In this document: piece after piece, positions 51,291-60,427 of the stretch
Numbering within the stretch: the first letter of the stretch is position 1
Layout: each line of letters begins with the position of its first letter
From: a virus
Virus record (IMG/VR): IMGVR_UViG_3300003629_000001
DNA length: 64,000 nucleotides
Direction: 5' to 3' (one strand)
The notes under the pieces: model-generated
Databases searched by the model: none
What the model saw: only the letters and a program-made list of their open reading frames with translations
What the model was told of the DNA's origin: nothing
Program-made: the position numbers and the translations under genes

Positions 51291-53271
51291 CAATGCAAGG
51301 AATCAGCGGAACACTCCGATTCGAGTCGCACGAAGAGTTAGAAGAATACTTCGACTGGGCCGAAGGCTTCCTCATGACGAAGCAGGACGTGGAACAGGGT
51401 CTACAGGGCGTACCAGACGACGAAGTGCCGTATCCGCTCGAACTCGAAATCGACTTGGCGAAGCAAACTGTGAAGAATCTCGCCAAGAAGAACCCCGAGA
51501 AGACAGTCGAACTACAGAACAAGTGGCTGGAATCGGAGTAAGACTTATACCAGTTCATCCCCTATCAAGGAATGAAGACAATGTGGAAAGGCAAACTCAA
51601 AATTGAAGACGAGGAGAGCATGACCGAGTTCTTCGTTAACACCTCGGACGCGCTCATTACGCAAGATGAAAAGAACCGGATTGCCGAGGTAGTCCAAGAG
51701 GCTGACACCGTGTCGTGGCCTATGGAAATCGTGTTCGAGATTCAGGAAGATACGTGGGAAGCGTTCTCGAACAACCACCCGGACGAAGCCAAGGTAATCG
51801 AAAACCACCTCGAACAGCAACCCACCCAAGCATGAGCGGAGAAATGCAAGACGCTCACGGGTACTACTGTAAGACGTGCGGGGACGAGATAGCAGATATA
51901 ATCGAACTCGTCCAGCACGGGTGCGAGGAACCGCTGGCCGCGCCGTCGCTCTCGAAGGGTGAGCGGGCGACCCTCATGTATATTGAGAGTCGCGTTGTGG
52001 AACACCGGGGCGAGTTAGACCACGAGCAAATGAACTACGACGACCAACAGAACATCAAGGTCTTTCAGGCGGCTGGACTCCTTGAGATAGACGAGTTCAC
52101 CGTGAAGGTGTTCTCTGACGCGGCGTGGAATCTCACCCGCGACTGTCGGCAAATGCGTGCTGACAGTTGGATTGAGGGCGACACGGACATAGGCGACGTG
52201 CCGGGTGACTTGAAGTGAGCGACGAAGTTCGTCTTCGCTTTGCTGGGTCGTTCGGTGACGGGTTAGAGTTCGTGGAAGCCGAAGACGGTGACGGTAACAG
52301 TATCGACGTGGGGACGTGGGAGCGCGACGGCGACTACCACATTCTGACGTTCGACCCCGAGGATTCGGTATAGCGCTATGTGGTTTATTTTCGGGATTGT
52401 GACGCAAGCGGGGCCAGTGACCCTATATTCACAGATAAAGTTTTTTATCCTGCTGAATGGGGTCAAACAGCCCACCACCGCCTTCGGGCGAATAGCAAAA
52501 CTCGCCGGTTTATATCCGCAAATCTGATACCATGAAACAGAAACTCAAATCCAAAATCAGTAGCCTACTTGAGAGGTATGGTTACAAACCAATCGAAGTA
52601 ATTCCTCATTGTTGCGAATGCGAGAATGAGGCTGACCACGCCACACAGCAAGCACCCGGTCGCGGGCTTGACTACTGGTGCGAAGACCACTGTCCCGTCT
52701 GTAATCCGAGGGTGAACATTGACTGACCAACCTGACCCCAACGACCGAGACGCGTTCCTTGAGTGGATGGTCGGACGACAGTTCCGATACGACGTTGCCA
52801 CGACGCAAATCCACTTCGAGGGAATCGAACCGATTGTCGAAGAGAGCGAAGTAGAAACCGAGTCCGGTAACGAACTCACCGAGAGCGTCAAAGCCGACTC
52901 CGTGTACCTACTCGCTGAAGAACTCACCACGACCGACGAGACAGTCGAAGGCGAAGTGACCGAAACCACTGTCCCGACTGTTGACCCAGCCGACGGAACC
53001 GGCGAGGAACACAAGATTCCCTTCGACACTGTGCGGGTCGCGTGGCTACAAGGAAGGATAGAAGAGATATGAACGGCTCAAGAGATAATCAAGGTGGGCG
53101 TACTAATCTCCGTGGAGAAACACCGACTCAAGCATTCGGAACAGCAGTGGTAGAAGCTTTTGCTCCACTTCTCCGAGACGCGCTTCAAGGACGTGAGATT
53201 AACGAGAAGAAAGCACGAGAACGGTTGGAACACCAACTGGAAGGCCGAGGCTTCGAGGTTGAAAAGAAAGA

Positions 53272-53580
53272 ATGACCGTCGTTAGTATCCGCTGTCAAGA
53301 GTGCGACGAGGTGAAGCGTGAAGAGAAAATGGCTGGTATTCAGGTGTGCAAGGAGTGTTCGGGCGGCGACACCCCGGACTCACCCGAGGAAGACGACGAC
53401 GCTAACTCCGAAGACGGGTCAGTTAGCAATGGAGGTGGCGTCAGCGAGGAAGAAATCACCGAGGAATCTGACAGTACCCCTACTGACGACGCTGACACCG
53501 ACGAAACGACGGACAGCGCCGAAAGAGACAAGAAGCCGCTTGAAGAATCATTTAACGAGCAAGACCCGCTCGAATGGTAA
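53272..53580 (+). CDS. Zn-finger protein with acidic linker and C-terminal DPLEW motif
   Basis: CQEC...CKEC. Confidence 0.7.
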   Translation: MTVVSIRCQECDEVKREEKMAGIQVCKECSGGDTPDSPEEDDDANSEDGSVSNGGGVSEEEITEESDSTPTDDADTDETTDSAERDKKPLEESFNEQDPLEW

Positions 53581-53858
53581 TCCAACAATGCCAACCATGA
53601 TAGTCGAATTTGAAGACGTGAGTGCGACAATGGAAGGAACCGTAATCAAGGTCGAACGGAACACGGGTGGCCGCGAAGGCTACTTCTACTTCGGCCCCGA
53701 GTACATGGAAGAGTTCGACGGCGGGTCGTTTGCACTCTCGGCTGGGCGAGAACTCCCAGCGGAAATCGGCCTGCTACCGGACGGTGAGCGGGAAGCCCTT
53801 CGGGAGAATCTTTTTCCGAAGGACGACGACGAAGACTCCGGTGAGTCTGAAGAATGAC

Positions 53859-54161
53859 ATGGTAAAACCTGTACTCAACGTTCATACTGAATGGGTGGAG
53901 AACAAGTACGGGAAGCACCTCGAATTTCACTGTAGCAATTGCGGGAACATCGAACGCATGGTTCGTCGGAACGCGACGAAATTCTGTTCGTCGTGTGACC
54001 GTCTCATGCAAGCCGAGAACTACAGTTGTTCGGGGGAAGCGCCTGACCCACAGAATCCAAAGCGATTCCTTCGCAAGACAGCGAAGCGGCGTGGACTCCC
54101 CTACGATTACTACTACCCCGAGGAAGACGAACCGACGACAGACGACCCTTTGGACTTTTAG
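53859..54161 (+). CDS. Zn-finger protein with C-terminal DPLDF motif
   Basis: CSNC...CSSC. Confidence 0.65.
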   Translation: MVKPVLNVHTEWVENKYGKHLEFHCSNCGNIERMVRRNATKFCSSCDRLMQAENYSCSGEAPDPQNPKRFLRKTAKRRGLPYDYYYPEEDEPTTDDPLDF

Positions 54162-54807
54162 ACCCCAAACGCTTTGCGCGTCGGAATAAGATTATACAAC
54201 TATGGTAGACGTTGGGTCGTTCGACATTTCAGTACACGCGCTCCTTCTCAAGTCTGACCAGTACGAAATACTGGTCGAAGCGAGAGAAGTGATGTACGGT
54301 GACAGGGCCAGTGAAGTGTCGCTGGCTTCTGTGATAGCCCTACTGGCACAGGAAGAGGTAGCGCGAAACAAGGACACGGACACTGACGCACTCATGGACG
54401 GCGTAACCGAGAGCGACGTTCCCTACGACGTAGACGAGGAATACCCACGATGATTACTACAGCCATGTATATGTACGGTGTCATTGTTGGTTACAGTCAA
54501 CCCGGCCCGGAGATAGGAATGTTTCTTTTCTTCGATATGAGTATGGCCGCTGTTCTTTCCTCATCGTAATGATTACGCTCTCAATCGACATGACCGAGGA
54601 ACAGGCCGAGGAAATGGTTGCGTCGATTCAGGACGCACTCGAAGAAGACGAACCGTGGACACCGGAACTCACGTTCCAACCCGAAGACGCCGAAAACATC
54701 CAAAAGAACCTGAAGTTTCAGGTTCGCCACAGCGACCACTACTACGAGAATTTATAGTAGCAGAGGTTTTATAACCTTCTACAACCAATTTCTTCCCGAG
54801 ATAAGAA

Positions 54808-55407
54808 ATGATTGAACTCGGGGACGTGCTTCAGGGCAAACGAGGTGAGCGTTTCGTAGGCTTAGTGACGGAAGCCGACTTGGAAGAGGTTCGAGTAGCG
54901 AAGTTCGACCGTCTCTACAACAACTACCAAGGGAGCGAACAGTTCGAGCAAGGCTTCATTCGCGCTCGAATCCGTGACGGTGTGTTCCACAAAAATGGAC
55001 ACGCCGACGAACTTTCGGAAGCGGTTGCTACGAGGCAAATGGAATCGGAGTCCGGTGAGTTCAGTGGTTCTACCGCGTACAAGTTCGACTCTACGGGGAC
55101 GGAGAGTGTGTATCGCCACCTTAAGGCTGGGGAGAATCCGAAGGCGCTGGACAGCAACGCGGTTCTGTTCGACGCACACAGTAGCCAGTGGCGGACAGTT
55201 GTAGAGGCTGGCTGGCGCTCTGACGGGCTTGCTGACGACCTACTTCGGATGGGTGACGACTCAATAGAATCCGTCTCTACGGTCGTACAGGCCATGCGAG
55301 AAGGGCTGTGGTTGCTCATGACCGCGAACAATGCGACCGTCGCTGATAATCCGAACGTGAACATAGACGGTGAGATTGACCCCGAGACGGGGAACATACT
55401 CGAATGA
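54808..55407 (+). CDS. Hypothetical protein
   Basis: First gene after the TTTTATAA promoter at ~54767. Confidence 0.7.
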   Translation: MIELGDVLQGKRGERFVGLVTEADLEEVRVAKFDRLYNNYQGSEQFEQGFIRARIRDGVFHKNGHADELSEAVATRQMESESGEFSGSTAYKFDSTGTESVYRHLKAGENPKALDSNAVLFDAHSSQWRTVVEAGWRSDGLADDLLRMGDDSIESVSTVVQAMREGLWLLMTANNATVADNPNVNIDGEIDPETGNILE

Positions 55408-55787
55408 GTCTACCAGTCGGGTTGGGTGGACTCGTTGATACTGACGAACTCAAGCCCCCACAGGGTCGCAATACGCAAGGCCCGACTGGTTCGAGAGAGT
55501 TCACGACGCTCATGAACCAAATCAACGGAGAAGGGAAGAGCGAGCGCGTGGACTTGAGCATAGGTGGCTACGTCACAATATCCCTATCACCGTACAACTG
55601 GACGCTTTACGATTGCGAGTATCAGCACGACCCGACTATTGAAGAGAATATCGCTCGCGCCGAGTTCGTTGACGCCGGTGGTCACTCCGAAGCGGTTCTT
55701 CTAATTGACATAGAGAGCGGGGAAGTGGTGTCCGTACAGGTAAATCGTCGGGGCGAACACATGGTCGGTACATATAGTGGCCCATGA
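55404..55787 (+). CDS. IGG-motif protein 1
   Basis: VDLSIGGYVTISL; ATGA-coupled. Confidence 0.65.
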   Translation: MSLPVGLGGLVDTDELKPPQGRNTQGPTGSREFTTLMNQINGEGKSERVDLSIGGYVTISLSPYNWTLYDCEYQHDPTIEENIARAEFVDAGGHSEAVLLIDIESGEVVSVQVNRRGEHMVGTYSGP

Positions 55788-56128
55788 ACGAGAACCAAAT
55801 CATCATACTGTGGGTCTTCGGTGTTGCTGTGATATACGCACTCGACTGGATTCCGGGGATAGTTTATCTCGCCGCTGTCGCTCCCCCAATATTATATCAC
55901 GCCCGAACCACGTACCCTCGAAAGACGAGCGTGGAAGAAATGGAACACGCGGACTCACACTCGGAGATTGAAAATGACGAGGTGACGGTCGATAGCGAGT
56001 ACACGGAGCGAATCGAACTGGAAATCGGTGGCTACGTCGAACTCGAATGCTGGAAGGAAGTGCCGTTCAGCGAAGCCAGCGAGGAAGAGAAAGACCAGAA
56101 GCCACCTCTTGAGAAGTTCTACGAATGA
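55784..56128 (+). CDS. IGG-motif protein 2, membrane-anchored
   Basis: Hydrophobic N-terminus; IELEIGGYVELE. Confidence 0.65.
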   Translation: MNENQIIILWVFGVAVIYALDWIPGIVYLAAVAPPILYHARTTYPRKTSVEEMEHADSHSEIENDEVTVDSEYTERIELEIGGYVELECWKEVPFSEASEEEKDQKPPLEKFYE

Positions 56129-56250
56129 CCTACACGTACAAGTCAGAAATCGCAATCGGCGGGTACGTTCGCTTCGAGTACGAACACTCGGGGAAGGAAG
56201 CGCGTGACAGAATGGGTCAATCGCTGGCGAACACGATGGACGAACTATGA
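56125..56250 (+). CDS. IGG-motif microprotein 3 (41 aa), not in ORF track
   Basis: MTYTYKSEIAIGGYVRFEY...LANTMDEL*; ATGA overlaps at both ends. Confidence 0.7.
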   Translation: MTYTYKSEIAIGGYVRFEYEHSGKEARDRMGQSLANTMDEL

Positions 56251-56369
56251 GGGAAGCAGAAATCGAATTACAAATAGGCGGCTGTGTTCAGTTCGAGTAC
56301 GCGTTGACAGCCGGTGAAGCGCTATCCGGTAAGGGGCAAGAACTGGCGGACGTAATGAACGAACTATGA
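56247..56369 (+). CDS. IGG-motif microprotein 4 (40 aa), not in ORF track
   Basis: MREAEIELQIGGCVQFEY...LADVMNEL*. Confidence 0.7.
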   Translation: MREAEIELQIGGCVQFEYALTAGEALSGKGQELADVMNEL

Positions 56370-56512
56370 AAACAAAGCACGAAACTGTTAACATAAATAT
56401 CGGCGGATTCATTCGAGTGACCACGAAGCACTACGAACCGGGAGACACAGGAAAGCAGGTGAGTGAAGCACAGGACACGGCGGCGGATGTGCTGGAAGAG
56501 TTCGACCTGTAA
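56366..56512 (+). CDS. IGG-motif microprotein 5 (48 aa), not in ORF track
   Basis: MKTKHETVNINIGGFIRVT...AADVLEEFDL*, followed by a T-rich terminator-like tract. Confidence 0.65.
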   Translation: MKTKHETVNINIGGFIRVTTKHYEPGDTGKQVSEAQDTAADVLEEFDL

Positions 56513-56630
56513 ATTTGAATCCAGTTCTCTTTTTCGTACCCATAGTTTTATAGGATTATGGTGAGAAGCGTAGGACGCGCCCCGACGCTCCCAACCCCCC
56601 ATAACCGGGGCGCGTCACACGCTTCAGAGT

Positions 56631-56764
56631 AGTCCCGTAGGGTAGTTCGGCCAATCCTACTGGCCTTTGGACGGACGAAGGAGTGAAGAGGGTTCCAACC
56701 ACCTGACGTAACACCTTCGCCCGGAAGAGAGCCAGTGACCCGAGTTCAAGTCTCGGCGGGACAA
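56631..56764 (+). tRNA. tRNA-Gln(UUG) with 59-nt intron (56671-56729) at position 37/38
   Basis: The cloverleaf folds by hand: anticodon stem CTGGC/GCCAG and T-arm CCGAG-TTCAAGT-CTCGG. The BHB is canonical: CUUU/GAAG central helix, bulges GG^A and AG^A. Confidence 0.9.
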
Positions 56765-56911
56765 TAGCGCACGAAGGTCTGACCCGCTGTAAAGCGCGTC
56801 GTGCTACAAAATCCCGAAAACCCAATCGGGAGAAACAAGCACTGAAGAAAACGAGAATTGCGCGGCGGTGAGAAATCCGTTCGTAGCATTCTCCGACCGG
56901 ATGGGTCATAT

Positions 56912-56984
56912 GCCGGGTTGGTTTAGCGGTCTATAATCCCGCTCTGTCACGGCGGGGACGTGGGTTCAAATCCCACATCCGGCG
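56912..56984 (+). tRNA. tRNA-Asp(GUC)
   Basis: Acceptor GCCGGGT/ATCCGGC, anticodon loop CTGTCAC, T-arm GTGGG-TTCAAAT-CCCAC. Confidence 0.93.
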
Positions 56985-57008
56985 TGGGTTTCGCACCTTC
57001 CCCAATTC

Positions 57009-57081
57009 GCTCCGTTGGTGTAGGGGCCAATCATGGTTGCCTTTCGAGCAACCGACGAGGGTTCAAATCCCTCACGGAGCA
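57009..57081 (+). tRNA. tRNA-Glu(UUC)
   Basis: Acceptor GCTCCGT/ACGGAGC, anticodon loop CTTTCGA, T-arm GAGGG-TTCAAAT-CCCTC. Confidence 0.93.
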
Positions 57082-57137
57082 TTTTCTAATACGGGTATCA
57101 GCCAACTTATTTAGCCTCGGCGCTACCAGTATGGGTA

Positions 57138-57641
57138 ATGACAAGGTACGAAGTGGCCGGTGACTCCTTCCGAAGTACCTCGTCTGTCATTCGGAAGACG
57201 AAGCCACCGTTCTTCGAGGAAGCCGACACAGACTCCGAGTTCGGGGTCGATTTCGGTATCACGCCGGACTACGCCAACGACCAGTTCGACGTAGACGGTG
57301 GGTACGCTCGAATGTATGATGGGTCGGCGGCGTGGCACGGCTTCTACGAAGCAACCAATACCCTTACTCTCGAAGCCCCGTCCGGGGTCAACTACCTCTA
57401 CGCTGTGTACGACAATACACAGAACAGTCTCGAATACGAGGTGCTGTCTTCGGATTCGCCCACTGGGTCGATTACTGTTAAACTGGCTGAAATCGACGCG
57501 GGCGCTCAAGAAGTAACGAAGGTCAACACCGACCCCAACGTCTCGGTTCCCTCTCAAGGATTCCGTGATAGTTCGGGTGTTCGACAACAGACGATTCAGT
57601 ACGACGAAGAACTCCGTTCTCTGGTTGTGATTAAAGAATGA
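57138..57641 (+). CDS. Putative virion fibre/adaptor protein
   Basis: Beta-rich; ITPDY..DQFDVDGGYA, VNYLYAVYD and LAEID resemble tail-fibre N-terminal domains. Confidence 0.4.
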   Translation: MTRYEVAGDSFRSTSSVIRKTKPPFFEEADTDSEFGVDFGITPDYANDQFDVDGGYARMYDGSAAWHGFYEATNTLTLEAPSGVNYLYAVYDNTQNSLEYEVLSSDSPTGSITVKLAEIDAGAQEVTKVNTDPNVSVPSQGFRDSSGVRQQTIQYDEELRSLVVIKE

Positions 57642-59002
57642 GTGACGCATACGAACTCGGTACAGCAGAAACGTTCGACAAATACAGTACCCCATACAAT
57701 GTTCTGAAGACGGGGAAACAGACGGTTCAGTTTTCCCACGACCCGTCCAAGTCTCTCACAAAGCGTCGGTATGGGTATTACTCGAATAACGCGTTTTTCG
57801 ACGCAACGAATATAGCGTCGAACGAACCAAGTGGAACAATCACAATCTCTACAACAGCGACCGGGACAGATACCGCACGCATTCGTTCTGCTATTGCTGG
57901 ACAGTACGTCAGTCAAACGCTGGCGAAGCCGGGTGTCGGTCTTGACGTAGATAGTGCGAATATCAATTACGACGCTGACGGATACGTGTCTACCTCGCAC
58001 GGCCAAATCGCTGTTGGGGCTGGTTGGCACGACGGGTCTTCGGGTGGCTGGGGTGCGGCTGAAAACGGCGGCCCGATTCAGACGTTCCTTGGTCGGGTTT
58101 ACACTCCCACAGGCGCGGAAGCGGTCTGTATTTCGGACGGGAATCACGTTCACGGGAGTCCGGTTCCGCAACCCCAGTGGAATCTGGACGACTTGAGTGG
58201 GCAAGACGACGCTGATAACCCCAGCGGTGTCCAACTCCGTCCTGACGACGGTGTAATCAACAACTTCCCCTATACATGGTATGCGTTCGGAGCGCTCTTC
58301 GACGGGATTGTCCCACCCGAGGAAGACGAAGAGGTTCTGTCCCACAAGTTCGTTCCTGACAGTTCCAGTCTTGACCGATCGAATCTGACCCCTATGGTCA
58401 TTCTGGACAATGACGGAACGGCGACCGCTATGAGCGCTGAACTCGGTGGAATGCAATTCTCGGTCTACGGAGCGGACATTAAAGGCGGCGAAGGCGGCGA
58501 AGACCGTGGCACTGAAATGACTCGTCTGACTGGTACGAACGCCAATGGGTTCATTTCCGATACTGTCGTGGTCAACAACGAATCAATCGACGTGAATGCC
58601 GAACCCGGTAAGCCAGCACTGGCTGTCAAGCGAGAAACTGGTGTCCGTGACGTTGCGTTCCGCATTGAAGAACTGGGTGTCGAACCCGATACTAACGTCT
58701 ATATCATTGCGTGGGACGAGTACGACCCGGCTACAGCACTTGACGGGACGTTCCGACAGCCGAACAAGCCGAGGAATACTGAAGAATCGCTTCTGGAAGT
58801 GAACACGACCTGTACGACCTATACGCCAACGCAAGCAGTTCAGCGTGGGTGGGACAAGGTGAAGGGTGCTAACGACGCTGATATTGCGCCAGTGTCTACG
58901 ACTGACGAGATTCCGATTGACGCTACTCGGGTCTACACGCTGGTCAACGACGGTTCGGCTGGTGACGCCGAGATACTTGTTCGGGGTATTGAAGGGTACT
59001 GA
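57638..59002 (+). CDS. Putative virion structural / receptor-binding protein
   Basis: 454 aa, T/G/S/N-rich beta-sandwich-like composition. Confidence 0.45.
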   Translation: MSDAYELGTAETFDKYSTPYNVLKTGKQTVQFSHDPSKSLTKRRYGYYSNNAFFDATNIASNEPSGTITISTTATGTDTARIRSAIAGQYVSQTLAKPGVGLDVDSANINYDADGYVSTSHGQIAVGAGWHDGSSGGWGAAENGGPIQTFLGRVYTPTGAEAVCISDGNHVHGSPVPQPQWNLDDLSGQDDADNPSGVQLRPDDGVINNFPYTWYAFGALFDGIVPPEEDEEVLSHKFVPDSSSLDRSNLTPMVILDNDGTATAMSAELGGMQFSVYGADIKGGEGGEDRGTEMTRLTGTNANGFISDTVVVNNESIDVNAEPGKPALAVKRETGVRDVAFRIEELGVEPDTNVYIIAWDEYDPATALDGTFRQPNKPRNTEESLLEVNTTCTTYTPTQAVQRGWDKVKGANDADIAPVSTTDEIPIDATRVYTLVNDGSAGDAEILVRGIEGY

Positions 59003-59053
59003 CTCGTTCCCCTTTTCGGAAAGACTGAAGTAGTGGCATAATAAAGTTATAAT

Positions 59054-59389
59054 ATGCCCGCCGAGTACGGCTTCGTTGGCGATAGCCGCGAAGAGACGTT
59101 ACGAACCGAGAAAGTCCAACGCACCGAACTCGAATCTGTCACCATACCCCTATCAGTTGGTGGTTCAGTAACCCTACAGATTCTCGAAGACGTGGAAGAG
59201 TACGTCGGTTCAATTGCCCCAAACAATCACTTCAACGTCAGTGACAGGGGCGGGTATTTCCGGGTTCGTGTCTACCGCAAGAAGAAGGTCTGTACGGTCG
59301 GTGACTGTGCGACGACGGCGGAACAGAAGTTCGACGGAAATTGGCTATGCCCACAGCACCTTGATTCATATACAGCGAGGAACTTCTAA
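59054..59389 (+). CDS. IGG-motif protein with C-terminal Zn finger
   Basis: VTIPLSVGGSVTLQI; CTVGDC...LCPQH. Confidence 0.55.
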   Translation: MPAEYGFVGDSREETLRTEKVQRTELESVTIPLSVGGSVTLQILEDVEEYVGSIAPNNHFNVSDRGGYFRVRVYRKKKVCTVGDCATTAEQKFDGNWLCPQHLDSYTARNF

Positions 59390-59580
59390 CATATGTGTCG
59401 GTTCGTGGGATTACCGCACACGTCACAAAGTGCGGACAAGCGGAGATACACTACGAGAACGAAATTCTAATACCCCTATCAGTCGGTGGCCGGGCTGAAA
59501 TCCAGTTCGAGAACATCGACCACAAAAACCTATGAAACAACACTATCTTCCGACACCACACGTCGCTTAACTGACGTAGC

Positions 59581-59610
59581 CATTCCCCATACGGGGAAGA
59601 CTTAATACCC
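59581..59610 (+). promoter_or_regulatory. Promoter with TTCCCC-ATAC-GGGGAA palindrome and GACTTAATA box
   Basis: Repeat of the 11520 element, upstream of a new gene run starting at 59646. Confidence 0.55.
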
Positions 59611-59926
59611 CGGAGACGCTACTATAGGGTAGAGAGGTAAATTAAATGCCTATCAACAAACCCGAGCGCGACCGCTCTCTGTCGTACCACCAGCAGGTGA
59701 CGAAGGAGATTCTGTGCGACGAATGCGGCGAGGTTATCGTTCGGTTCTACATGACCGGCCCGCGCCAGTCCACGGATATAGCACCCGCTCGCTGGATTAC
59801 GCGTCAGCGTCAGGTCGCGTCCAGTCAGCCCGGAACCTACGAGACGTATATGTGTACGCCGTGCGTGAACGAACTGGTTCCCGAAGAGAATCAGGCGTAC
59901 AACGTCGTCAGCCGGAGTGAGCGGGA

Positions 59927-60427
59927 ATGATTTCCGACAGGGAAGAACTCACGCACGTCGAAATATCGGATGTACGGGAAGGTGAGCGCGTCCAAATCGT
60001 CTACACCAGCCAGCAGTCCAGCAACAAGGTCGAACACGAAGGAGTCGTCCAGTCGGCCCAGCGCTACGGACAAGAGACGAAACGGTTCGTCTTGCTGGGT
60101 GACAACGACATTGAGTACAAGTGCGAGAAGTGGGAAGAAGTGTACTCTACGGGCGAGAACCAGCGTCAACTGTCGTCTGACCGGCCTGACGTGTATCTGG
60201 TCGAAGGGCTGGACGACGAAGAGTGGGAGCGCGAGGAACGCCACGGAGCGCTTCACATTCGCTTCCAGAAGAACGAGGTGTTCCGCTGTCCCCAGTGCCG
60301 TGAGAAACAGGCCAGCATAGCCACGGAGAACTCGAACGGGACTGTCACCGTGTCGTGTGGGAGTTGCCGGAGTACCACCGTGTGCGACGAACAGCCACTC
60401 GAAGTGTCGTTGAAAATCACGCGCTGA
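59927..60427 (+). CDS. Hypothetical protein with C-terminal Zn ribbon
   Basis: CPQC...CGSC. Confidence 0.6.
   Translation: MISDREELTHVEISDVREGERVQIVYTSQQSSNKVEHEGVVQSAQRYGQETKRFVLLGDNDIEYKCEKWEEVYSTGENQRQLSSDRPDVYLVEGLDDEEWEREERHGALHIRFQKNEVFRCPQCREKQASIATENSNGTVTVSCGSCRSTTVCDEQPLEVSLKITR

Noticed and set aside
56842-56848. CTGAAGA as a hammerhead ribozyme core
   Set aside because: I could not build stem II followed by GAAA and stems I/III around it.
56631-57081. tRNA cluster as a provirus attachment boundary
   Set aside because: Genes, codon style and the dispersed palindrome continue unchanged on both sides; no duplicated tRNA 3' end or integrase was seen.
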